From the NCBI RefSeq assembly GCF_004353825.1, contig NZ_SMNA01000004.1:310001-374000 (forward strand): a DNA stretch of 64,000 nucleotides. Reading direction: 5' to 3'. The notes under the pieces were generated by a model. That model saw only the letters and a list, made by a program, of their open reading frames with translations. It made no database searches and was not told the DNA's origin. Positions within the stretch are counted from its first letter, which is position 1, and every line of letters starts with the position of its first letter. The stretch comes from Occultella glacieicola (GTDB lineage: Bacteria > Actinomycetota > Actinomycetes > Actinomycetales > Beutenbergiaceae). Positions 56,629 to 64,000 of the stretch are shown piece by piece. The position numbers and the translations under genes were made by a program.

Positions 56629-57422
56629 CCAAGGCCGCGGGATCCGTGCCGGCCGTGTCTTCGCTGCCCTCAGGGCCAGGGCCGCGGGAGGCCGCGGGCG
56701 AGGGCGGGCGCGCGTCCCGGACCGATCACGTGGTCGCCGGGATCGCCCGGCTGATCATCGACGGGGATCTCGCCCCTGGGGACCGGCTGCCCGTCGAGAA
56801 GGACCTCGCGGCGCGTTTCGACGTCTCCCGAGGGTCGCTGCGTGAGGCGGTCCGGGCGCTCGCCGCCCTCGGGGTGGTGGAGTCCCGGCAGGGCGACGGA
56901 ACCTACGTCACCAGCCTCGACCCGGCGCTGCTGGTCGGGCCGCTCGGTCTGGCCGTCGACCTCCAGGCGGCCGGGCACGGGTCGCACATCCACTCCGTGC
57001 GCCGGTTGCTCGAGGTGGAGGCCGCCGGACTGGCGGCGAGCCGGAGCCGCGCGCCGGGCGCGGACCTGAGCGACGCCGTCGCCGCCCTCGAGGAGGCCGC
57101 CGCGATGGCGGCGGACGCGGCAATGGTCGCGGACGCGGACTTCGACCACGCCGCGTTCCTCGACCTGGACCTGGCCTTCCACCGTGCCCTCGGGGTTGCG
57201 TCCGGGAACCCCGTGCTCGCCGCGCTCATCGAGGCGCTCGCGGGACGGACCGCACGGCACCGCCTGCTGCGCAGCGCCACCGTGGCCGGGGTGGCGCAGC
57301 GGACCCAGGCCGAGCACGAGGCGATCCTGACGGCCGTGACCGACGGCGACCCGGAGCGGGCCCGGGTCGGGATGGCGGCGCACCTGCTCGCGGTGGAGGA
57401 CTTCCTGCGCGAGAGCGAGTGA
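56625..57422 (+). CDS. FadR/GntR family transcriptional regulator
   Basis: GTG overlaps the previous stop; [25 protein letters not shown]...QGDGTYV; FCD domain. Confidence 0.93.
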   Translation: MTKAAGSVPAVSSLPSGPGPREAAGEGGRASRTDHVVAGIARLIIDGDLAPGDRLPVEKDLAARFDVSRGSLREAVRALAALGVVESRQGDGTYVTSLDPALLVGPLGLAVDLQAAGHGSHIHSVRRLLEVEAAGLAASRSRAPGADLSDAVAALEEAAAMAADAAMVADADFDHAAFLDLDLAFHRALGVASGNPVLAALIEALAGRTARHRLLRSATVAGVAQRTQAEHEAILTAVTDGDPERARVGMAAHLLAVEDFLRESE

Positions 57423-57522
57423 ACGTCGGGCGTAGCTCAGCGTCGCCACCGGATGAGACGTGGTGATCTGAAACACTCCGGCCGGAGTAGGTGAACGTGC
57501 TCGGCCGGGTCTAGGTTTCATC

Positions 57523-58935
57523 GTGGTGTCCATGCGCCTACGGCCGGTCCGACTCCCTCGCACCCGCCAGCCCGTGCTCAGTCGACCCGGACAGGTGCTG
57601 GTGGCCAGCTTCGCCGGGGCGATCGTCGTCGGCACCCTGCTGCTGATGCTCCCGATCGCGGTGGTGGCGGAACCGCCCGCGGGGACGCTGCCCGCGGACG
57701 TCGGACCGTGGGGCGGGGCGCCGGTGCTGGCCGCGTTGTTCACCGCGACCTCCGCCGTCTGCGTCACCGGGCTCGTCGTGGTGGACACCGCCACCTATTG
57801 GAGTCCGTTCGGTCAGGTGGTCGTCCTCGCCCTGATCCAGCTCGGCGGGCTCGGCATCATGACCTTCGCCTCCCTGATCTCGATCCTGCTCGCCCGCAGA
57901 CTCGGCCTGCGGTCCCGCCTGATCGCCTCCGCGAGCGTCCGCAGTGTCGGTCTCGGCGACGTCCGCACGATCGTGATCGGCGTCGCGAAGGTAGGTTTCG
58001 GCACCGAGGCCGTCGTGGCCGTGGCCCTCGCGGTGCGGTTGGCGACCGGGTACGGCGCCGGCATCGGTGAGTCCGCGTGGTTCGGCCTCTTCCATGCGGT
58101 CTCGGCATTCAACAACGCCGGGTTCGCGTTGTACTCGGACAGCCTGATGGGGTTCGTGACCGATCCCTGGGTGTGCCTGCCGATCGCGGCTGCCGTGATC
58201 CTCGGGGGGCTCGGTTTCCCCGTGCTCTTCGAGTTCCGGCGGCACTTCCGGCTGCCCCGGACGTGGTCGATGCACACCAAGCTGGTGATCGTCGGGACCG
58301 TCGTGCTGCTGCTCGGCGGGTTCGTCACGATCACCGCACTGGAGTGGTTCAACCCGCAGACCCTCGGGCCGCTGGATCCTGCCGGCAAGCTCCTCGCCGG
58401 ATTCTTCGCGTCGGTGGCGGCCCGCACGGCCGGCTTCAACAGCATCGACATCTCGGCCATGCACACCCAGACCTGGTTCGCGCACGACGTGCTGATGTTC
58501 ATCGGCGCCGGGCCGGCGGGGACGGCGGGCGGCCTGAAGATCACCACGTTCGCGGTCCTGTTCTTCATCATCGTGACCGAGATCCGGGGCGGCACCGCCG
58601 TGAACATCTTCGGCCGGCGGCTCGGCCGGTCGGTGCACCGCGAGGCCACGACGGTCGCCCTCCTCGCGGTGGCCGTGGTCATGATCGGGACCTGGTGCCT
58701 GCTGATCATGACCACGTTCAGCCTGGACCGGATCGTGTTCGAGGTGGTCTCGGCGTTCGCGACCGTGGGGCTGTCCACCGGGATCACCCATCTGCTACCC
58801 GCCGGCGGCCAGCTGATCCTGGTCGCCCTGATGTTCGTCGGGCGCCTGGGGCCGCTGACCCTCGCGTCGGCGTTAGCCTTACGTTCACGCAGTTCCCATG
58901 TCGAGCTGCCGAAGGAAAGGCCGATCATTGGCTAG
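57523..58935 (+). CDS. Trk/Ktr potassium uptake membrane subunit (KtrB/TrkH)
   Basis: Four pore motifs SAVCVTGL, SAFNNAGF, RTAGF, SAFATVGLS; GGLKITT, GRLGP. TAGGTT 5 nt before the GTG. Confidence 0.95.
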   Translation: MVSMRLRPVRLPRTRQPVLSRPGQVLVASFAGAIVVGTLLLMLPIAVVAEPPAGTLPADVGPWGGAPVLAALFTATSAVCVTGLVVVDTATYWSPFGQVVVLALIQLGGLGIMTFASLISILLARRLGLRSRLIASASVRSVGLGDVRTIVIGVAKVGFGTEAVVAVALAVRLATGYGAGIGESAWFGLFHAVSAFNNAGFALYSDSLMGFVTDPWVCLPIAAAVILGGLGFPVLFEFRRHFRLPRTWSMHTKLVIVGTVVLLLGGFVTITALEWFNPQTLGPLDPAGKLLAGFFASVAARTAGFNSIDISAMHTQTWFAHDVLMFIGAGPAGTAGGLKITTFAVLFFIIVTEIRGGTAVNIFGRRLGRSVHREATTVALLAVAVVMIGTWCLLIMTTFSLDRIVFEVVSAFATVGLSTGITHLLPAGGQLILVALMFVGRLGPLTLASALALRSRSSHVELPKERPIIG

Positions 58936-59623
58936 CATCCCGCGGGCCGCGCGTGGCTCGATCGCACTGAACGACTCGGACTCGGTGGTGGTCGCCGGTC
59001 TGGGGCGGTTCGGCAGCGCCCTCGCCGTCGAGCTGTCCGAGGCCGGGGTCGAGGTGCTCGGCATCGACACCGACGAGGAGATCGTCCAAGGGCTCAGCGA
59101 CACCCTGACCCACGTGGTGCGGGCCGACACCACGAAGATGGAGGCGCTCGAACAGCTGGGCGTGCCGAACTTCTCACACGTGGTGGTCGCGATCGGTTCC
59201 GACGTCGAGGCCTCCATCCTGACCACGTCCTGGATGCTCCGGTTCGAGATCGAGAACCTGTGGGCCAAGGCCATCAGCGCGCCGCACGGCCAGATCCTCA
59301 CCCAGCTCGGTGTGCAGCACGTCGTCTACCCGGAGTCGGACATGGGCCGGCGGGTCGCGCATCTGCTCCGCGGGTCGATCGCCGACTACCAGGACGTCGG
59401 CGGTGGCTTCGCGACGGTGACGGCGACCGTGCCGCCCTCGATGGTCGGGCGGACCCTCGATCAGGTGGGTCTGCGCAAGAAGCACAACCTCAACGTGGTC
59501 GCCGTGAAGCGGAAGGACGGCACCTGGGCCCACGCCACGGGTGAGACGATCCTGAACTGGGACGACACCGTCATCGTGATGGGCCCCTCCGAGTTGGCGG
59601 AGCGCTTCATCGACATGGCCTGA
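58928..59623 (+). CDS. Trk/Ktr potassium uptake regulatory subunit (KtrA/TrkA)
   Basis: GLGRFG RCK_N, VVVAIG, VYPE..MG, RCK_C (NVVAVKR); TTG start overlapping ktrB. Confidence 0.93.
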   Translation: MASIPRAARGSIALNDSDSVVVAGLGRFGSALAVELSEAGVEVLGIDTDEEIVQGLSDTLTHVVRADTTKMEALEQLGVPNFSHVVVAIGSDVEASILTTSWMLRFEIENLWAKAISAPHGQILTQLGVQHVVYPESDMGRRVAHLLRGSIADYQDVGGGFATVTATVPPSMVGRTLDQVGLRKKHNLNVVAVKRKDGTWAHATGETILNWDDTVIVMGPSELAERFIDMA

Positions 59624-59680
59624 GCCGCCGGGCGGCGCTCACCGGCGGGCGTGCGCCGGGCTCACCTCGGCGCGCCCGGT

Positions 59681-60541
59681 TCAGTTGCCCAGCTGGGGCA
59701 GTTCCGCGGCGAGCAGGTCGACCTGATCCGGGTCGGCCGACGTGGGGAAGAGGATCAGCTCGTCCGCGCCGGCTGCGGTGAAGCCCTCCACCAAGGCCCG
59801 GACGGTGTCGGCGTCCTTGGCGGCGCCGCCGATGATCATCTCGGCGTAGTCGCCGAGGAACCCGTAGTAGTGGCCGAGATCATGGCGGGCCTGCTCCTGG
59901 GCGTTCGGGCCGAGGGCGTAGTAGGACAGGGCCACGACCCGCGGCCTGCCCTCACGTCCGGCCACCCGCCAGGCCTCGGTCAGGGCGGGCAGCGCCTGGG
60001 CCACGGCGTCCGGTGGGGCTCCGCCGATCGTCAGGCCGTCGGCGTAGCGGGCGGCCCGCTGGATGGCCCGGTCGCCCTGGCCGCCGATCAGCAGATGGGG
60101 CCGGCGTCCCGAGACCGGCGCGGGGCCGACGCCCGTCTCGCCCGCCCAGTGGCTGCCGAGCTCCTCGAGCTGACGGTCGAAGACGCGTCCGCGCTCGCGG
60201 AAGTCGAGACCGGAGACCGTGTAGTCGTCCTCACGGCCACCGACGGCCATGCCGAGCACGAGCCGCCCCTCGGACAGGTGATCGAGGGTCAGCGTCTGCT
60301 TGGCGAGCATCGCGGTGTTCACGTGCAAGGGGGCCAGCAGGATGTCGGTGGTGAGCCGGATCCGCTCGGTGACGGCGGCCGCGGCGGCGAGGGAGATCAG
60401 CTCCTCGTAGTTGCCGTACCTCAGCCGCCCGATCGTGCCGAGCGAGGAGAAGCCGGCGTCCTCCGCGCGGCGGGCCCAGTCGATGATCCCCGCGCGGTTG
60501 ACCTCCGGCACCGTGTTCGGCAGTCCGATTCCGATGTCCAT
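59681..60541 (-). CDS. LLM class flavin-dependent oxidoreductase
   Basis: IGIGLP, AEDAGFSS, LAAAAAVTERIRL, LDHLSEGRLVLG, LIGG, AGADEL. Confidence 0.92.
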   Translation of the reverse strand: MDIGIGLPNTVPEVNRAGIIDWARRAEDAGFSSLGTIGRLRYGNYEELISLAAAAAVTERIRLTTDILLAPLHVNTAMLAKQTLTLDHLSEGRLVLGMAVGGREDDYTVSGLDFRERGRVFDRQLEELGSHWAGETGVGPAPVSGRRPHLLIGGQGDRAIQRAARYADGLTIGGAPPDAVAQALPALTEAWRVAGREGRPRVVALSYYALGPNAQEQARHDLGHYYGFLGDYAEMIIGGAAKDADTVRALVEGFTAAGADELILFPTSADPDQVDLLAAELPQLGN

Positions 60542-60615
60542 GCCTCATCCTCACCTCGTCCTCGGGCCGAGTGTCCGGGACCGGTGCAACCGGCACTCGG
60601 CCGACCCTATTCCGT

Positions 60616-60670
60616 GCTCCCGACCGGCTCCCGACCGGCTCCCGACCGGCTCCCGACCGGCTGCCGACCG
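60616..60670. repeat. 11-bp tandem repeat, 5 copies
   Basis: (GCTCCCGACCG)x4 plus GCTGCCGACCG, intergenic. Confidence 0.95.
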
Positions 60671-60755
60671 TCCCGGCGGGGTAGGGCCAACCCCCCACCG
60701 AATGGCCAGGTGGCACCCATGTGTGGGGTGCGGGACCGTTCATAGGTTGGCGGAC

Positions 60756-61775
60756 ATGCAGACCGCCGACCCAGCCCTGAGCCCACCCCGACCGCGTCCG
60801 TCCGATGCCCCCGACCCGGTGAGCCGCCGGTGGCATCGCCCACTCGTCGTCACCGCCGTGGGGATGTTCGCCCTCGTCCTCGTCTCCGCGTTCGGGCTCC
60901 TGTTCGACGACCGCACGATCCTCGGCGAATCGGTCTGGCTGAAGACCCTGAAGTTTGGATTCTCGTTCGGCGCCTACCTGCTCACCCTCGCCTGGCTGAT
61001 CGCGCACCTGACCAGGGCGAGGCGCTTCGGCTGGTTGACGGGCACCCTGTTCGCGGCGATCAGCGCCGTGGAGGTGGGCGTGATCGCGCTCGCGGCCGCC
61101 CTGGGCACGTTCAGCCACTTCAACACCTCGACCGACCCCGTCAACGAGGTGGTGCAGGCGGTGTTCAAGTACGGCATCCCGGTCATGTTCGTTGTGAACG
61201 TCGCGATGGCGGTCATGGTGCTGTTCCAGCGGATCGGGGACCGCAGTGTCACGACCACGGTCCGGTGGGGCCTGCTGATGTCGACGCTCGGGATGGTCGC
61301 GGCGGTCTTCATCGTCTCCGTCGGCGGGCAGGGTGACCGCACCCTCGTGGACGCCAACGGGCGTAGCGTGGAACTCAACGCCGGCCACGGAGTCGGCGAT
61401 CTCGACGGCCACGGCATGTTCCTCACCAACTGGAGCCTGACCGGCGGAGACATGCGGGTCTCGCACTTCGTGGGCCTGCACGGCATCCAGGTGTTCATCG
61501 CCGCCGCCATCGTCCTGGTCGCCCTGGCCGGGCGCTACGCGTGGCTACGCGACGAACGGGTGCGGGCCGGGCTGATCCGCTGGTTCGCCATCGGCTACCT
61601 CGGCGTGTTCCTCACGGTGGCCTGGCAGGCCGTGCGCGGCCAGTCCGTCGCAGCGCCCGACGGCGTCACGCTCGCCGCGCTGGCCGCCTCCTTCGCGATC
61701 GCGTTCGTCGGTATCGCGGTGACGACCCGTCGGGCGTGGACGACGCCGGACGGTCGCCGTTCGGCGTCAGTGTGA
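60756..61775 (+). CDS. conserved multi-pass membrane protein of unknown function
   Basis: ATG 7 nt after TAGGTT; about 7 TM; GESVWLKTLKF, SHFN, GHGVG, WSLTGGDMRVSHFVGLHGIQ. Confidence 0.8.
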   Translation: MQTADPALSPPRPRPSDAPDPVSRRWHRPLVVTAVGMFALVLVSAFGLLFDDRTILGESVWLKTLKFGFSFGAYLLTLAWLIAHLTRARRFGWLTGTLFAAISAVEVGVIALAAALGTFSHFNTSTDPVNEVVQAVFKYGIPVMFVVNVAMAVMVLFQRIGDRSVTTTVRWGLLMSTLGMVAAVFIVSVGGQGDRTLVDANGRSVELNAGHGVGDLDGHGMFLTNWSLTGGDMRVSHFVGLHGIQVFIAAAIVLVALAGRYAWLRDERVRAGLIRWFAIGYLGVFLTVAWQAVRGQSVAAPDGVTLAALAASFAIAFVGIAVTTRRAWTTPDGRRSASV

Positions 61776-63812
61776 TCAGCGGGCCGTGGGCACCTGACGG
61801 CTGCGGTGCAGCAGCGCGGCGCCGGCGAGGGTGAGCGCGACGGCCACCGCGGCCAGGGGCCACGGCGCGGCGCCGGTGTGCTCGAGCTCGTCACGGCCAT
61901 CGGCACGACTCGCCACCTCGGCCCCGGAGGCACTGTCGGCCTCGGGCGCCGACGGGGTGCCGGGGTCTTGCGCTGGGGGCGGGCCGGCCGGGGCGTCAGG
62001 GTCGTCGACAGGGGGAGTCGGCGCCGAGGGCGCAACCGACACCGTGAGCTGGGCCGGGGCGGTGATGACGCCGTAGTTGCCGTCGTAGGTGACCGTCAGC
62101 GGGTACAGCCCCGGAGTGAGGTCCGCCGGGATCGTGCAGGAGTCGGCCTCGGTGACGTCGAAGGAGCACAGCACCTCACCGGGGGCCGGGACGCGCTTAC
62201 CGCCGCCGAGTGGGGTGACGGCCACGGTCACGGTGCCGGTGGCGTCGTCGGGCAGTGCCGAGGCAAGCCCGATGCGACCCGACTCGCCGGCACCCAGCTG
62301 CAGGTCGTCACTGGTCAGCACCAGGTGCGGGGTGACCTGCAGCGGCACCAGCGGCGGCAGGTCGGGAACCGACCAGCCCTGCTCGAGCCACGTCGGGACG
62401 GCTGTGACGAGGTACTGCCCAGCGGGGAGCGCGGAGACGTCCACGTCACACGAGGTCTCCGGGTGGACCATCGCGCACGCCGGGGTGACCGGCTCGGGGT
62501 CGGTCTCCTCCACGTAGGACGCGGGCACGATGGTCGCCTGCCAGTCGAACTCCGTGCCGGTCGGCGGGTCGACGGTGACGGTGAGCGTCCCCAAGCCTTC
62601 GCGCATCGTGGTGGCCGAGGTCGAGACCGTGTAGTCCAGGAGACGTTCGCCGACGGCGAGGGTGAACTCGCGGGTGAGGTGCTGCACCCCGTGGTTCCCA
62701 CCCACCACGAGGGTGAAGGTGCCCGTCTCCTGCGGGGTGCCGCCGATCTCTCCGTCCGCCGTGAACGTCATCCCGACCGGCAGGTCCGAACCCTCCAGGA
62801 GGGTGAACGTGGCGTCCTCCTCGGTCGTGGCGAGGGCAACGGAGTACGGCAGGGAGTACGTCGCCGTCGGCAACGCCTCCGGGGTGACCCACTGCATCGG
62901 GTCGACCATGAACGGGCCGGGGATGGAGAACTCGGCCGGTTCGTACAGGGTGTCGCCGGAGTAGGAGCCGCGCACGTGCGGGTAGCCGGCTTCGAGCGCG
63001 GACAGGTCCAGGGTGACGGGTCCGGTCAGGGGCAGGCGGGCCGTGGCCAGCACGTGCTCGCCCGAGGTGAAGGTGATCGTGCCGGTTGCGCCGCCTGGGA
63101 TGTTGGTGACGGTGGCGTCGATCGAGGCGTCCGGGCCGGTGACGACCATGTGGTTGCCCACCAGGCTTCCGGAGATCGCACTCGGCCGCCCGGTCACGAC
63201 CACCGTGTGCTCCACGGTCTCGTGGTTCCAGTTCCCGGTGTCCGTGGTCTCCGCACTGATCACGTGCGTGCCCCGCCACAGGCCGCTGATCGTGCAGGTC
63301 CCGTAGTCGCACCACAGGCGGATCCGTTCCCCGTCCTCGGTGAGCAGGAAGTACTGCAGCGGGCTGGTGTGCTCGGGGTGGTCGGTGCTGGCGGTGAGCG
63401 AGATCGTCTGCCCATACTCCAGTTCTGTGGGCGAGACGGAGAAGTTCAGTCCGGGGTCGCCCTTGTCCACGTCGAAGAAGAACTCGGCGAACCCGCCGTT
63501 GTCGGCTTCGTCCGCAACCATGATCTGCATCATCGGGCCCCGACCGGCCGTGGTCGGAGTGCCGGTGAAGAGCCCGGAGGGGGACATGGTCATCCCGTCG
63601 GGCAGCCCACCCGCGACCGTGACGGTGACCTCGCCGACGCCCCCGGCCAGTTCGAGCTGGAAGGAGTAGGGGGTGCCCACCGTGGCCAAGGGCAACCGGG
63701 TGGTGACGACCCGGGGCGCCTCGGCAGCCTCTGCCGCGGGTGCGACCGTGGCGAGGCTGAGTGGTGTGGCCACCAGCAGGGCGGCCAGGAGCAGGCGGAG
63801 CAGGCGGGGCAC
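61776..63812 (-). CDS. secreted, cell-wall-anchored Ig-like domain protein
   Basis: Signal peptide (AEA-AEA); He_PIG-like repeats (ATVGTPYS...GGLPDGM...GTPT; LPTAT...LPVGM...GTP); Ig-like Y.GD..Y; Pro-rich stalk; LEHTG + TM + basic tail. Confidence 0.85.
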   Translation of the reverse strand: MPRLLRLLLAALLVATPLSLATVAPAAEAAEAPRVVTTRLPLATVGTPYSFQLELAGGVGEVTVTVAGGLPDGMTMSPSGLFTGTPTTAGRGPMMQIMVADEADNGGFAEFFFDVDKGDPGLNFSVSPTELEYGQTISLTASTDHPEHTSPLQYFLLTEDGERIRLWCDYGTCTISGLWRGTHVISAETTDTGNWNHETVEHTVVVTGRPSAISGSLVGNHMVVTGPDASIDATVTNIPGGATGTITFTSGEHVLATARLPLTGPVTLDLSALEAGYPHVRGSYSGDTLYEPAEFSIPGPFMVDPMQWVTPEALPTATYSLPYSVALATTEEDATFTLLEGSDLPVGMTFTADGEIGGTPQETGTFTLVVGGNHGVQHLTREFTLAVGERLLDYTVSTSATTMREGLGTLTVTVDPPTGTEFDWQATIVPASYVEETDPEPVTPACAMVHPETSCDVDVSALPAGQYLVTAVPTWLEQGWSVPDLPPLVPLQVTPHLVLTSDDLQLGAGESGRIGLASALPDDATGTVTVAVTPLGGGKRVPAPGEVLCSFDVTEADSCTIPADLTPGLYPLTVTYDGNYGVITAPAQLTVSVAPSAPTPPVDDPDAPAGPPPAQDPGTPSAPEADSASGAEVASRADGRDELEHTGAAPWPLAAVAVALTLAGAALLHRSRQVPTAR

Positions 63813-64000
63813 GGGCGCTCGATTCTTCGGGGTGACGTCCCCGGACGCCAGACGCCCCGGGTCTCCTCGGACACGTTTCCGGCAGAGGAGTGTGCGGACG
63901 CCTCCACGCTCAAGGACGTCCTCACTCGCATTATCGGCAGCGGTGCACCGGATGTAAGGAGATGCACCGCACGACAGCGACGCTGCCCGAAGTCCTCGGC

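Noticed and set aside
57427..57445. CGGGCGTAGCTCAGC, resembling a tRNA 5' end
   Set aside because: No D-loop GG, anticodon arm, T-loop (GTTCRA) or matching acceptor stem follows.
57423..57522. c-di-AMP (ydaO) riboswitch expected upstream of ktr genes
   Set aside because: The gap is only 100 bp, no consensus elements were seen, and the gene appears leaderless.

Overview
High-GC bacterial DNA that looks actinobacterial (Micrococcales-like; inferred from GC content, Tat/lipoprotein solute-binding proteins, apparent leaderless starts and a mycoredoxin-like gene). It holds about 62 CDS, mostly accessory catabolic genes. I found no rRNA, complete tRNA, CRISPR array, transposase or integrase. In order: (1) an RpiR-linked sugar ABC operon whose only enzyme candidate is a 465-aa protein of unknown function; (2) PhyH dioxygenase/AraC, a DUF4091/GH123-like hydrolase, a GlcD-like FAD oxidase, an RpiB variant lacking several phosphate ligands, and a membrane-anchored mycoredoxin-like protein; (3) a LacI-linked CoA-transferase/enoyl-CoA hydratase/SDR operon with a perfect 28-bp palindrome; (4) an IclR-linked acid-sugar locus (Ldh_2, Fe-ADH, ALDH, ABC, two mandelate-racemase-family enzymes); (5) NmrA/DUF1772/AraC and a Phd-VapC toxin-antitoxin pair; (6) the most striking unit, a GntR-divergent 13-gene operon with two PfkB kinases (one MAK32-like, GAGN), two SIS proteins, a divergent YjbQ, a divergent nucleoside phosphorylase, a sugar ABC importer, a 713-aa ADP-ribosylglycohydrolase-family protein, ribokinase, nucleoside hydrolase and adenine deaminase; (7) a TRAP/kduI/idnO-idnD-like sugar-acid locus and an L-fuconate dehydratase with FadR regulators; (8) KtrAB-type K+ uptake, an LLM oxidoreductase, an 11-bp tandem repeat, a membrane protein and a sortase-type Ig-domain surface protein. 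All product calls come from motif recognition by eye, not database searches. Many starts were moved from the ORF track using RBS and stop/start overlaps.
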